Assembly (NCBI GenBank): GCA_963748215.1 | Contig: CAVVHS010000006.1 | Coordinates: 832,001-896,000, forward strand | Length of the DNA stretch: 64,000 nucleotides | From: an uncultured Gammaproteobacteria bacterium | GTDB lineage: Bacteria; Pseudomonadota; Gammaproteobacteria; UBA9214 | Direction: 5' to 3' | Shown here: positions 20,468 to 32,960 of the stretch, piece by piece | Layout: each line of letters begins with the position of its first letter | How positions within the stretch are numbered: the stretch's first letter is position 1 | The notes under the pieces: generated by a model | What the model was told of the DNA's origin: nothing | What the model saw: only the letters and a program-made list of their open reading frames with translations | Database searches by the model: none | Made by a program: the position numbers and the translations under genes

Positions 20468-20707
20468 ATGACCAACTTCAACACCATTGATACCATGCAG
20501 AAATACGCACTCATTGCAGTTGCCGCAGCCTTGCTGCTCGGCCTGAGTGGTTGTTCCGGGATGTCGACGCAGGACAAAAACACCGCTATCGGCGCGGGTG
20601 TCGGTGCCGTCGGCGGCGCAGTTCTTACCGGCGGCAGCACGATCGGAACCGTCGGCGGTGCAGCCGTTGGCGGCATCATCGGCCACGAGATCGACCCGGA
20701 CAATTGA
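20468..20707 (+). CDS. Glycine-zipper lipoprotein (OsmB-like)
   Basis: Lipobox LSGC; GAGVGAVGGAV...GAAVGGIIGHE. Confidence 0.85.
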   Translation: MTNFNTIDTMQKYALIAVAAALLLGLSGCSGMSTQDKNTAIGAGVGAVGGAVLTGGSTIGTVGGAAVGGIIGHEIDPDN

Positions 20708-20840
20708 TGATCGGTCCGCGACGTGCCTGGCCCACCCGGCCGGTGCGTCGCGGACTCTGATAACCCTGGATACCGGCAATCGGTGTGACCCACACGGTGA
20801 CTCCCCCTACCAGACACAACATCATCAGGAGATATACATC

Positions 20841-21035
20841 ATGAAATCAGTCAAGATCCTCAGCACAGCCTTGCTTACAAGTGCGTTGCTTATTGCACTA
20901 ACCGGCTGCGAGAAACAGGAAGGCCCGATGGAGAAAGCCGGCAAGAGTGTCGACAACGCGACCGAGTCACTTGGAGAACATATGGAAGATGCCGGTGAAG
21001 CCATCCAGGACGCGGCAAAGGACGCCAAGAAGTAG
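20841..21035 (+). CDS. Small lipoprotein (EGPMEKAGK stress-protein type)
   Basis: RBS AGGAG, lipobox LTGC. Confidence 0.75.
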   Translation: MKSVKILSTALLTSALLIALTGCEKQEGPMEKAGKSVDNATESLGEHMEDAGEAIQDAAKDAKK

Positions 21036-21260
21036 AGAGCGCTGTATATGGGCAACAACCAGAGTTAATCGTGTGTCGTTCTGCACTATCAAGGGCCCTG
21101 CCGACCGCTTGTGGGGCGCGCAGTCACAGCGCAAGTTCCTCACGCAGATGGGGCTCGACCAATGGACGCAGTCCGGGGAGCTGGTTCGCCCGGAAGTGAA
21201 GCGATTCACTCCGGATTAAGTGGCTCCGCGACAGGACATGACAGATCAGGAGTAACATCC

Positions 21261-21407
21261 ATGCTTGAAACTATTGCGATTATCTTGCTCATCCTATGGG
21301 TGCTTGGCCTGGTTTCATCGTACACTATGGGTGGGTTGATCCATCTTTTCCTGGTCATCGCGCTCGTTGTGATCGTGATACGCGTCATTCAAGGTCGACG
21401 CGTGTAA
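21261..21407 (+). CDS. lmo0937-family small membrane protein
   Basis: MLETIAIILLILWVLGLVSSYTMGGLIH. Confidence 0.85.
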   Translation: MLETIAIILLILWVLGLVSSYTMGGLIHLFLVIALVVIVIRVIQGRRV

Positions 21408-21514
21408 CGGCCCGGGAAGTGCTCTCTGTCGCAGGGGGGCTAGGTGAATCGATCCGGTGATTTCCGGTTTACCGGGCGCCTGCCTGTAACGAAAGCATCA
21501 GAGAGGACGTGATC

Positions 21515-21829
21515 ATGCTGGTAACCTTTTCCTGCCCGGCCTATGCGAGCATAACGATGTTCGGCGCGGATGCAGTCCGACTGCTCAAACTGATGGGGCA
21601 CAGCGGTACGGTGCCCGGCGCTCTGCTGGCAGTAGATGTCCAGGCGGCGCTGGAACACCTGGAAGCTGCGGTCGAGGCAGACCAGCAGTCGCCGGAACCG
21701 GAAGTGCCTGCGGAAGGAGAGGACGGCGAACCTGCCGTCAGTCTCACGCACCGCGCCTTGCCGGTAATCGAATTACTCAAGGCGGCGGCAAAGGCAAAAT
21801 GCGACGTGATGTGGGACAAGAGCAACTAA
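21515..21829 (+). CDS. DUF1840-family protein
   Basis: MLVTFS...ITMFG..A..LLKLMGHSGTVPGA...RALP..ELLKAA. Confidence 0.8.
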   Translation: MLVTFSCPAYASITMFGADAVRLLKLMGHSGTVPGALLAVDVQAALEHLEAAVEADQQSPEPEVPAEGEDGEPAVSLTHRALPVIELLKAAAKAKCDVMWDKSN

Positions 21830-22156
21830 TCCAGCAGTCGTATGTGACAGTTATTCCAATACCAGGCCGCCAACTATAGTCAGGTGGTTGTGCCGGAATG
21901 TCGGCACAAGACAGAAGTTTCACTATCGACGCTGGAGTCGGGTCCGTAGACGGTACAGTCGTCGGCGGCAGCATCGATAGTCGATCAATCCGGCGTCTGT
22001 ACTTACCGCATACCGACCCCGGTTTCTGCTCACCGCTGTGTAGGTGCACTCCCCCGCCCCGCTCCTCCAGGCACTGCAATGGTGCTGCGAACTCCCTGAT
22101 AGCCCCGCCCGGGGATGTACACACCATGATCAGCTATGCAGGCAATTGTGACCTTA

Positions 22157-22199
22157 GGTACGCCAGCGTACCGACTGCACCTGATCCTGCGAGTAATCT
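22157..22199 (+). promoter_or_regulatory. Crp/Fnr-type box plus -10 (TAATCT) upstream of csbD
   Basis: GGTACG-CCAG-CGTACC-GAC with compensatory palindrome changes. Confidence 0.7.
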
Positions 22200-22338
22200 T
22201 GTATTTGTATCCGGAGTTTCCGTGAAATGATCCCGTCTTCTACCCACGCGAAGTTACCAGGTGACGAAAGATGACTGCGACGAAGGATGCTCGATTGGCA
22301 ATACCGCCAGTCGGAACACTGACAAAAGGACTTTACAT

Positions 22339-22542
22339 ATGGACTGGAATATCGTTGAAGGCAACTGGAAGCAGTTCAAGGGCAAGGTGAAAGCACAGTG
22401 GGGCAAACTCACCGACGATCACCTCGACGTGATTGCCGGCAATCGCGATCAGCTGGCGGGCAAGATCCAGGAGACCTATGGCATTACGAAGGACGAAACC
22501 GAACAGCAAATCAAGGATTTCGAAGAGCTTGACAAGCACTAG
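22339..22542 (+). CDS. csbD: CsbD/YjbJ-family general stress protein
   Basis: MDWNIVEGNWKQFKGKVKAQWGKLTDD. Confidence 0.9.
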   Translation: MDWNIVEGNWKQFKGKVKAQWGKLTDDHLDVIAGNRDQLAGKIQETYGITKDETEQQIKDFEELDKH

Positions 22543-22705
22543 GAGCCTGTCGGACTTGGGACTGATCTACTGCGCCGGCGGGACAGCAGCCCATTTTTCC
22601 GATCCTCCTCGTCAAATAGCTACGGCTATTCTCCTCGAACGATCGGAAAAATGACCTCGCTCTCCCACCCGGCTCGCTACGATCGCCCAAATCCGACAGG
22701 CCCCT
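22541..22705. mobile_element. 165-bp MITE
   Basis: TIRs AGGAGCCTGTCGGACTTGG / CCAAATCCGACAGGCCCCT; second partial copy at 16210. Confidence 0.8.
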
Positions 22706-22810
22706 GGCAGCCGACGCATTTCTCCTGACCTGAACGACGCCGTACACGGCGATACGCCGCATGAAGCGAGGGTCGCACAGGGCAGGCACTTTACTGAAAG
22801 GATACTACTC

Positions 22811-23284
22811 ATGACAAGCTCTGAACGCTTCACTCCGCCACATGTTCCGACCGGGGGCGCCACGCATAGGGTTGAGCGCCTTCACAACACAGAACAATGG
22901 CGATGGAAGGCTCAGTCGGACGACTGGGATATTGAAGGTGGACGCGTGGCTGCAACTCACGCTGCCGAGCAAGAACCGTTCTCGATCGACACAGAAACCG
23001 TGGCGTCAATGCCGCTCCATCGTCATGAAGCAGACGAGGTCATGAACGCGCCCTCTGCAGCCGGCAGTGTTAGCCCTGACGTCCCTGGCCATTCCCCTCG
23101 CGGACGCTCATGTCCCCAATGCAATGGCCCCGTGGAACGTATACGACGCCGCATTCTCGATCGAATCGTGAGCTGGATTATGCCGGTGTACCGCTATCGC
23201 TGCCGTATGAAGGGTTGGGGTTGCGATTGGGAAGGGAATCTACGCACCAAGCGACATTCCCTGCCGATGCATGGGCTGCGGTGA
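22811..23284 (+). CDS. Hypothetical protein with C-terminal zinc-ribbon-like segment
   Basis: CPQC...RIRRR...YRYRC...C; RBS AAGGA. Confidence 0.5.
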   Translation: MTSSERFTPPHVPTGGATHRVERLHNTEQWRWKAQSDDWDIEGGRVAATHAAEQEPFSIDTETVASMPLHRHEADEVMNAPSAAGSVSPDVPGHSPRGRSCPQCNGPVERIRRRILDRIVSWIMPVYRYRCRMKGWGCDWEGNLRTKRHSLPMHGLR

Positions 23285-23431
23285 GTTGTACGACGGAAGA
23301 CACGGCGCACTCGATCCATCACGACGGGGCGTCGCCTCGCCATACCGTCCAGGAACGCAGCCGATGAGCAGTCGAGTGATCGGAATCATACCGGCGATAC
23401 AGTGACGATCCACCTGCTTCGATCGAGGATA

Positions 23432-23474
23432 TGTACGACAGCGTACAGACTTGATAATGGAGTTCACGTAGTCT
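23432..23474 (+). promoter_or_regulatory. Crp/Fnr-type box plus -10 (TAGTCT) upstream of the Gly/Pro/Met-rich gene
   Basis: TGTACG-ACAG-CGTACA-GAC, 18 nt, TAGTCT. Confidence 0.75.
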
Positions 23475-23691
23475 AAACATCAGAGGTGAGATGCCGTAAT
23501 CGGGCATTCCGCCAGAATGAAGTGCGCAAGACGCATGCGGCGAAATGATGGGAAGCCTAGCTACGGGCGGGATAAGCTGGATGTGGCTTCTATCCTGGCT
23601 TGTCTCCGTACTGGACGTGGTGCATTTCACCGTCACTAGCCGACAGTAACGGACACATGAATTTATTCAGCTCAATTAAGGAAATATCACT

Positions 23692-24630
23692 ATGAAAACT
23701 TCAAAACTGGCTGCCGCGATCATCGCCAGCGCCCTGTCTGCGTCTATCGTATCAGCGCAGGAAATGACCGCGCCCGCCGGGTCGGCGAAGTGCATAGACG
23801 CGGACAAGCAACTGTCCCAGATGCAGGAGAAAATGCAAGAATTACAGCAGCAGATGGAAAAACTCCGGCAACAGTCCAGGTTGCAGGAGAACATGAACGA
23901 AATGCAGCAGCAGATGGGGAAACTCCAGGCGACGACTGACCCGAAGGAACGCCGGAAGCTGTTGCAGGAACACATGCAGACCATGCAGGCACATATGGAG
24001 ATGATGCGTAGCATGAGCGGATCCGAAGGCGGCCCGGGCATGATGGGTGGTCCGCAGCGCGGTCCCGGTAGTCCGGGCGGCATGATGCATGGGCCCCAAG
24101 GCGGTCCGGGTGGCATGATGCGTGGTCCGGGTAGTCCAGGCGGCATGATGTACGGTCCCGGTGGTCCAGGCGGCATGATGTACGGTCCCGGTGGTCCGGG
24201 CGGCATGATGTACGGTCCCGGTGGTCCGGGTGGTCCCGAAGATGGCCCAGGTGGAATGGGCGGTTACCAGGGTGGCCCCGGTAGCATGGGCGGTCCCGGT
24301 GGTCCGGGCGGCATGATGCGTGGGCCCCAAGGCGGCCCGGGTAGCATGATGGGTGGTCCGGGTGGAATGGGCGGTCCCGGTGGTCCGGGTGGCATGATGC
24401 GTGGGCCCCAAGGCGGTCCGGGTGTAATGATGCGTCGGCCTCAAAGCGGTCCGGGTAGCATGATGGGTGGTCCGGGTGGAATGGGGGGTCCGGGCGGTCC
24501 AGGCGGTATGATGTACGGTCCCGGCGGTCCGGGTGGCCCCGGTAGCATGGGCGGTCCCGATGGTCCGGACGGCATGATGTATGGTCCCGATGGTCCCGAA
24601 GGTGGTCCGAATGAACCGAGGTCTGAGTAA
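23692..24630 (+). CDS. Secreted Met-rich coiled-coil protein with long GPGG/GMM low-complexity tail
   Basis: Signal peptide (VSA-Q), TTDPKERRKLLQEHMQTM, repeated GPGGPGGMM(Y/R). Confidence 0.8.
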   Translation: MKTSKLAAAIIASALSASIVSAQEMTAPAGSAKCIDADKQLSQMQEKMQELQQQMEKLRQQSRLQENMNEMQQQMGKLQATTDPKERRKLLQEHMQTMQAHMEMMRSMSGSEGGPGMMGGPQRGPGSPGGMMHGPQGGPGGMMRGPGSPGGMMYGPGGPGGMMYGPGGPGGMMYGPGGPGGPEDGPGGMGGYQGGPGSMGGPGGPGGMMRGPQGGPGSMMGGPGGMGGPGGPGGMMRGPQGGPGVMMRRPQSGPGSMMGGPGGMGGPGGPGGMMYGPGGPGGPGSMGGPDGPDGMMYGPDGPEGGPNEPRSE

Positions 24631-24952
24631 TCATATAACCCACCTTCCAGCGCGCCGAGAAGCTGTTCACAAACGAACAGCGTCAAGCCCCGCAGGGGCT
24701 CCCATGTCATGATGCCGCAGCAGACACGGTAACGATGGGTATTCCAGAATACTCAGGGAGTCACGTTCTGTACAACAGGCTGACTCCCTGCTTCTTTCTG
24801 ATCGCAGGACGTTCCGGGCAGGCCCGCGGTTAACCTGTGCGTAGCCAATTGTTGCTCAGACTGCTGCGTTCAACCGGTATAGCTCTCGAAAATACTGATA
24901 AGCAGCTAAAACGTGCGTGTTCAGAAATGTGAAAGAACATCAAGAGTCGGAC

Positions 24953-25088
24953 ATGACCTTCATTGAGAAGCATACCAAGGCCCCGGCGCCTTACATATGG
25001 ACCAGGTCAGCAACTGATATCCTGGAGAAACTGAAACAGGAAAGAAAAACGCTCAATAAGTTACAAACTGTTTGAAGACTCACAATAG
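24953..25088 (+). pseudogene. IS630-family transposase 3' remnant; the same end recurs inverted at about 44094-44126
   Basis: PAPYIWTRSATDILEKLK; shared ATAAGTTACAAACTGTTTGA. Confidence 0.6.
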
Positions 25089-25224
25089 CGGATTCGGATA
25101 AACTCTATAGAGGCGAAATAAGTTTATCCAGGCCCTCTCGCGTTGCGCGATTCACGATGGGTTACGCGTGATCGTACTGATTGAGCCGGGTGTCGGAAGT
25201 GTTCCGCGAGACTGGATCAGGTCA

Positions 25225-26652
25225 ATGTCAAAATCTTTTAAAATCATCTTCCTTGCTGCCGGCGGATTCGTTGCCCTCCTCGTCTTCATCGCGGTCGCCC
25301 TGGTTGTCTTTGTGGATGCCAATGCCTACAAGTCCGACCTGGAATCGACCGCCACGGGAGCTTTGGGGATGGAAGTCAAAATCGACGGCCGGCTGGGGAT
25401 CGGCTTTTTTCCAGGCCTGCTGCTCACGCTGCGGGACGTGCACATCCTCAACGGGGGGACGGATATCATCACGGTCAAGGAGGCAAGGATCGGGGTTGAT
25501 CTAATCTCTCTGTTGCGTAAGAAAGTCCAGATCAGGAATGTCGCACTTATACAACCCAGGATCGCCATCGAACGGGACAGCGACGGCACGTTCAACTTCG
25601 AGAGAGCGGATGCGGCCGGAACAACCGCCCATGCCCTGGACCTGGCGAAACTTTCCCTTACAGATGCAAGTATTGTCTACGCGGACAAACTAACCGGATC
25701 AGGGTTCGAGGTCGCGGATTGCAGCCTGGCTCTGCTCCGTCTGCATTTTGCACGTGGGCAGAGCCCGGGCATACTGAAGAACCTTAGCTTCACGGGGGAA
25801 CTGGCCTGCGGAGAAATGATGGCAGGTCGCTTCGCTGCATCGGACCTGAAGGTTGCAGCCGAGGGAGGAGACGGGGTGTTCGACCTCAAGCCGGTCACGA
25901 TGCGTGTCTACGGCGCGCAAGGATCGGGGAACATACACGCGGACTTTTCGGGCGCAACACCGGCTTACGATGTCAGCTACGCATTGCCAGGGTTCCAGAT
26001 CAGGGAGGCATTCAAAATACTGTCACCAAAGCAGGCCGCGGAAGGGACAATGGATTTCTCCGCGACCCTGTCGATGCGGGGCAAGACCGCGTACTCGATG
26101 AAACGGACTCTCGCAGGACAGGTCTCTCTGCAGGGCGAAAATCTCACGCTCATCGGCACGGATCTCGATGAGGCATTCTCCCGGTTTGAGTCCAGCCAGA
26201 ACTTCAACCTGGTGGATTTGGCCGCCTTTTTCTATGCCGGGCCGCTCGCCCTGGTGGTTACGAAGGGTTACAACTTTGCGAGTATCTTCCAGGGGTCGGG
26301 GGGGCGCAGCAGCATTCGCAAACTGGTTTCCAACTGGAAGCTCAGGCGCGGCCAGGCGCAGGCCCGGGACGTGGCCATGGTGACGGACGAGAACCGCATC
26401 GCCCTCCAGGGAAGGCTCGATTTCGTCAACGAGCGCTACGATGATGTGACCGTGGCACTGATCGACGCCAAGGGCTGCGTCCTGGTCGAGCAGGAAATGC
26501 GCGGCAGCTTCCATAACCCTGAGGTGGAGAAGCCGAGCATGCTCCAGTCCCTGGCCGGGCCGGCGCTCAAGCTGCTCAAGCAGGGAAAGAATGCCTTGAC
26601 TGGCGCAAAGTGCGACGTGTTCTACACCGGTTCAGTGACACCGCCAAAATGA
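25225..26652 (+). CDS. AsmA-family protein
   Basis: N-terminal TM, DANAYK..LE......LG..V.IDG.L, beta-rich body. Confidence 0.8.
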   Translation: MSKSFKIIFLAAGGFVALLVFIAVALVVFVDANAYKSDLESTATGALGMEVKIDGRLGIGFFPGLLLTLRDVHILNGGTDIITVKEARIGVDLISLLRKKVQIRNVALIQPRIAIERDSDGTFNFERADAAGTTAHALDLAKLSLTDASIVYADKLTGSGFEVADCSLALLRLHFARGQSPGILKNLSFTGELACGEMMAGRFAASDLKVAAEGGDGVFDLKPVTMRVYGAQGSGNIHADFSGATPAYDVSYALPGFQIREAFKILSPKQAAEGTMDFSATLSMRGKTAYSMKRTLAGQVSLQGENLTLIGTDLDEAFSRFESSQNFNLVDLAAFFYAGPLALVVTKGYNFASIFQGSGGRSSIRKLVSNWKLRRGQAQARDVAMVTDENRIALQGRLDFVNERYDDVTVALIDAKGCVLVEQEMRGSFHNPEVEKPSMLQSLAGPALKLLKQGKNALTGAKCDVFYTGSVTPPK

Positions 26653-26836
26653 ATGGCTTGCAACGATACCGGCGTACTGGCGCCACGGCCGGCTGGTCAT
26701 ATGAACGCAGGCGAGGAAACGACTGAACAGGAAATACATTGAGGTGGTCGCTGGTGCAGGTGCTGCCAACACGGTTTCGGTAATCATAGATGAAGCCCGA
26801 AGGGATTCCAGGGGAAACGCCGCGGGCGGTTCTGGA

Positions 26837-27100
26837 GTGCCCGGGGAGATTACTCGGCCAAATTCTGCTCGGGGCATTACTGACCCTCGCGCCCTACGGG
26901 CCGCCGCCGCTGCGCGGCGACGTTCTCGGCAATTGCTCCCTGCATCGCCCAAGGGCGCCTACTTTTGGTGCCCCACCTCCTGCATGGCCCAGGCCAGCTT
27001 ATCGACCCGGGCTATACCCGTAATAATGGCTCACCTTCTCCCTGCAGTCGTGCGCCGCCTTCGGCGGCTTGTCGAACTCCCGACCGCCTGGTTCGCAGCC
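26837..27100 (-). repeat. tRNA-Arg att-like site 3 with nested hairpin insertion
   Basis: GCCCGGGGAGATT-ACTC...TTGT-CGAACTCCCGACCGCCTGGTTCGCAGCC. Confidence 0.82.
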
Positions 27101-27426
27101 AGATTGAAGCATATGTTTACTCTATTAATCAGCCACTTGCGATACCTGCCCAGCCAATGCCGTTGTTGAGCTATCAAACACTCGCGCTTCACCGTCACTG
27201 GAACTTAACACAAAACCAGCACAGCCCAATTGCCCCCTGAAAGATCCCTATAAGCCACGCGAACAGGAACTCGCCACCCACAGGTTATTTGGTGCATTCT
27301 AATGGACAATCGGGACAGTCGATTCTTCACGTCAACAATCAGATAATTACATGGCAATGCCGCATCTGCATTATGTCTTTCAGGGGTTATTCACACCGTT
27401 GATCGAATCGTGATTAATAATTCGCC

Positions 27427-29460
27427 ATGCACAGGACGATACAACCGCATATGAGCACATTAAAGAAATACCTGGAATCCATTCGGCAATACTCGCTCCC
27501 GAAAACGCGGGCTTTGCAACATGAACTGGAAGCGACTCGCGAGGCGCATGCCGCCATCACTGCTGAGCATGAAAAAGCGCGAGAAAACCTGCAGCTTGCC
27601 ATTGTAACTGATGCACAACTGCTTGCCGACTTGCGGCAGCAGGTAAAACAGATCGAATCAGAACGCAGCAATGCAGTTGAGCGGGTCGAGAATCTGCAAC
27701 GCTCACTCGTCGATGCAGAACAAAACCTGAAGTCCACCGAGGAACAAAAGGCGGCTCTGGAGGCGAAGCTCGAACAGGAACGCGACAACGCACTTAAGCA
27801 GGTAGAGTCTCTGCAACACTCACTCGCCGATGCAGAACAAAACCGGAAGTCCACCGAGGAACACAAGGCGGCACTGGAGGCGAAGCTCGAAGAGGAACGT
27901 GACAACGCACGTAAGCAGGTAGAGTCTCTACAACACTCACTCGCCGATGCAGAACAAAACCGGAAGTCCACCGAGGAACACATGGCGGCACTGAAGGCGA
28001 AGCTCGAACAGGAACGCGACAACGCACGTAAGCAGGTAGAGTCTCTGCAGCACTCACTCGCCGATGCAGAACAAAACCGGAAGTCCACCGAGGAACACAA
28101 GGCGGCACTGGAGGCTAAACTCGAAGCGGAACGTAGCCGGCATGAAGAAAGCATCCGCGCAACGGAATCCCGTCAGCTGCAACTACAGGCCGAACAGCAA
28201 TCCCGGTTAAAGCAGCAAACAGAACTGGCCAACAGCTTGCACGATGTGAACACACGCCTGTTAGAGTCGTTACAGGAAAGGAACAAGAAACAACGCTACT
28301 CACTGTTGCTACTTATCATCATAGCAGCTGCATTGTTTGCATCAGGCACCCTGATCGGGATGCTATTCCTGCAGCCCACGCAGGACAGCAACCAGGAGCT
28401 TGCCCTGGTAGAGCGGAATATCGATGATATGCGCAGCTTCACGAAACAGCATATCGATAACCAGGATGCGCTGCTGAAGGAGCTTGCGCTGAATCTCAAC
28501 AAGCAAGCTTCCGCTGAACAGGTATTGCTCGGGGAAAAACTGCAGCAGCTTGAGGAGATAACGCAAGCGACAGACACACCTCAGCCGGAGGCCGTAATAA
28601 CCTTCACACCGGATATCCGCGAGCTGCAGGCCAACCTGATGGCACTGGGCTTTGATTTGGGCATGTCGCAGCCGAACGGTGAGCCGGGCATCAAGACGCG
28701 GCAGGCGTTGCAGGAGTTCAGGCAGTTTTACCTGCCGCAGAGTGATGCACAGGATGACCTCATCAGTGAAGCGCTGGCGGCCCTGATCCTGAACTCGGCC
28801 GACCGTACCAGGGCCGATGCGGCGCGTTTCAGGATTGGCAGTGATGTGCTTGCCGCGATTCGGCTCGGCAGTATTCGCACTGGCGTGGACTTTTCATTCC
28901 TGATGGAGCTGGCCAGGGTCGAGAGTTACTTCAATCCGGCAGCGCGCGCACCGAAGTCTTCGGCAACCGGTTTGTTTCAGTTCAAGTCCCGTGACTGGCT
29001 GCAGGCGATGCGGACGTTTGGTGCCAGTTATGGCCTGCAGGACTACGCCACACAGGTCGCACTGATCGACGATGAGGACAACGTGCAGCAGCCGATTATG
29101 TACGACCCGCTGCAACAGGAAGCATTGGCGCTGCGTCTCAATCCGCGCTTGTCCACCCTGTTTGCCGCGGAGAACATCAAGCACAATTTGCAGGCGCTGT
29201 CAGAGATGATCGGGCGTGAACCCGGACGGACCGATCTCTACCTGTCCCATTTTCTCGGCACGGCCGATGCGGCAATGTTTCTCAAGGCGCTTGCTGAGGA
29301 ACCGACCGCAATTGCCGCTGAATTATTCCCGGAAGCAGCTGCAAAAAACCCGGGAGTCTTTCAGAACCGGCAGAACCAGCCACGCACCGTGGCCGGTGTA
29401 TACCAGTGGTTTGACCGCAAGTTCAATACCGCACGCTACGACGATCGCAATCCGGGCTGA
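27427..29460 (+). CDS. Coiled-coil repeat, TM, peptidoglycan-binding and SLT-like lytic transglycosylase protein
   Basis: 120-bp repeats at about 27690-28130; ELQANLMALG...G.PG.KT.QAL..F; ARVESYFNP...SSATGLFQF; LYLSHFLG; true start may be MSTLKK at 27451. Confidence 0.82.
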   Translation: MHRTIQPHMSTLKKYLESIRQYSLPKTRALQHELEATREAHAAITAEHEKARENLQLAIVTDAQLLADLRQQVKQIESERSNAVERVENLQRSLVDAEQNLKSTEEQKAALEAKLEQERDNALKQVESLQHSLADAEQNRKSTEEHKAALEAKLEEERDNARKQVESLQHSLADAEQNRKSTEEHMAALKAKLEQERDNARKQVESLQHSLADAEQNRKSTEEHKAALEAKLEAERSRHEESIRATESRQLQLQAEQQSRLKQQTELANSLHDVNTRLLESLQERNKKQRYSLLLLIIIAAALFASGTLIGMLFLQPTQDSNQELALVERNIDDMRSFTKQHIDNQDALLKELALNLNKQASAEQVLLGEKLQQLEEITQATDTPQPEAVITFTPDIRELQANLMALGFDLGMSQPNGEPGIKTRQALQEFRQFYLPQSDAQDDLISEALAALILNSADRTRADAARFRIGSDVLAAIRLGSIRTGVDFSFLMELARVESYFNPAARAPKSSATGLFQFKSRDWLQAMRTFGASYGLQDYATQVALIDDEDNVQQPIMYDPLQQEALALRLNPRLSTLFAAENIKHNLQALSEMIGREPGRTDLYLSHFLGTADAAMFLKALAEEPTAIAAELFPEAAAKNPGVFQNRQNQPRTVAGVYQWFDRKFNTARYDDRNPG

Positions 29461-29822
29461 CCCCGCGCCTGGCAATTAAGGGTTGCGACGGAGAACAACA
29501 AGCGCAAATTGCCGGCGCTATCAGAGATGATCTGATGTGAATACGGACGAATCGTATCCCAGATCATCTTGGGGTGGTGACCCTCCCTGTACCGGCTGAA
29601 TTACATCATGAATACGGCCTGTTGCCGAAGACGGTATGAGTATATGCTGACCACAACGGGCACCCACTCTTTCCTGACACATCAGCAGCACCACCGCCGG
29701 GTCCTGTAATGCATTTTCGGCACCATTCCTCCCGTTCTCACTAGCTGCGCGAGTAAAAAGTTTCCATAAATTATGGTGCAGGCTAAAACTGCATATAGCC
29801 ACCATTCGTATCACGGCCTTAA

Positions 29823-32960
<3,138 letters not shown>

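Noticed and set aside
21870-21985. Second glycine-zipper lipoprotein gene
   Set aside because: Degenerate, internally deleted copy of 20545-20690 without a signal peptide; at most a relic.
23744-24670. 308-aa His/Asp/Arg-rich - strand ORF
   Set aside because: Antisense of the GPGG repeat gene, which has the RBS and signal peptide.
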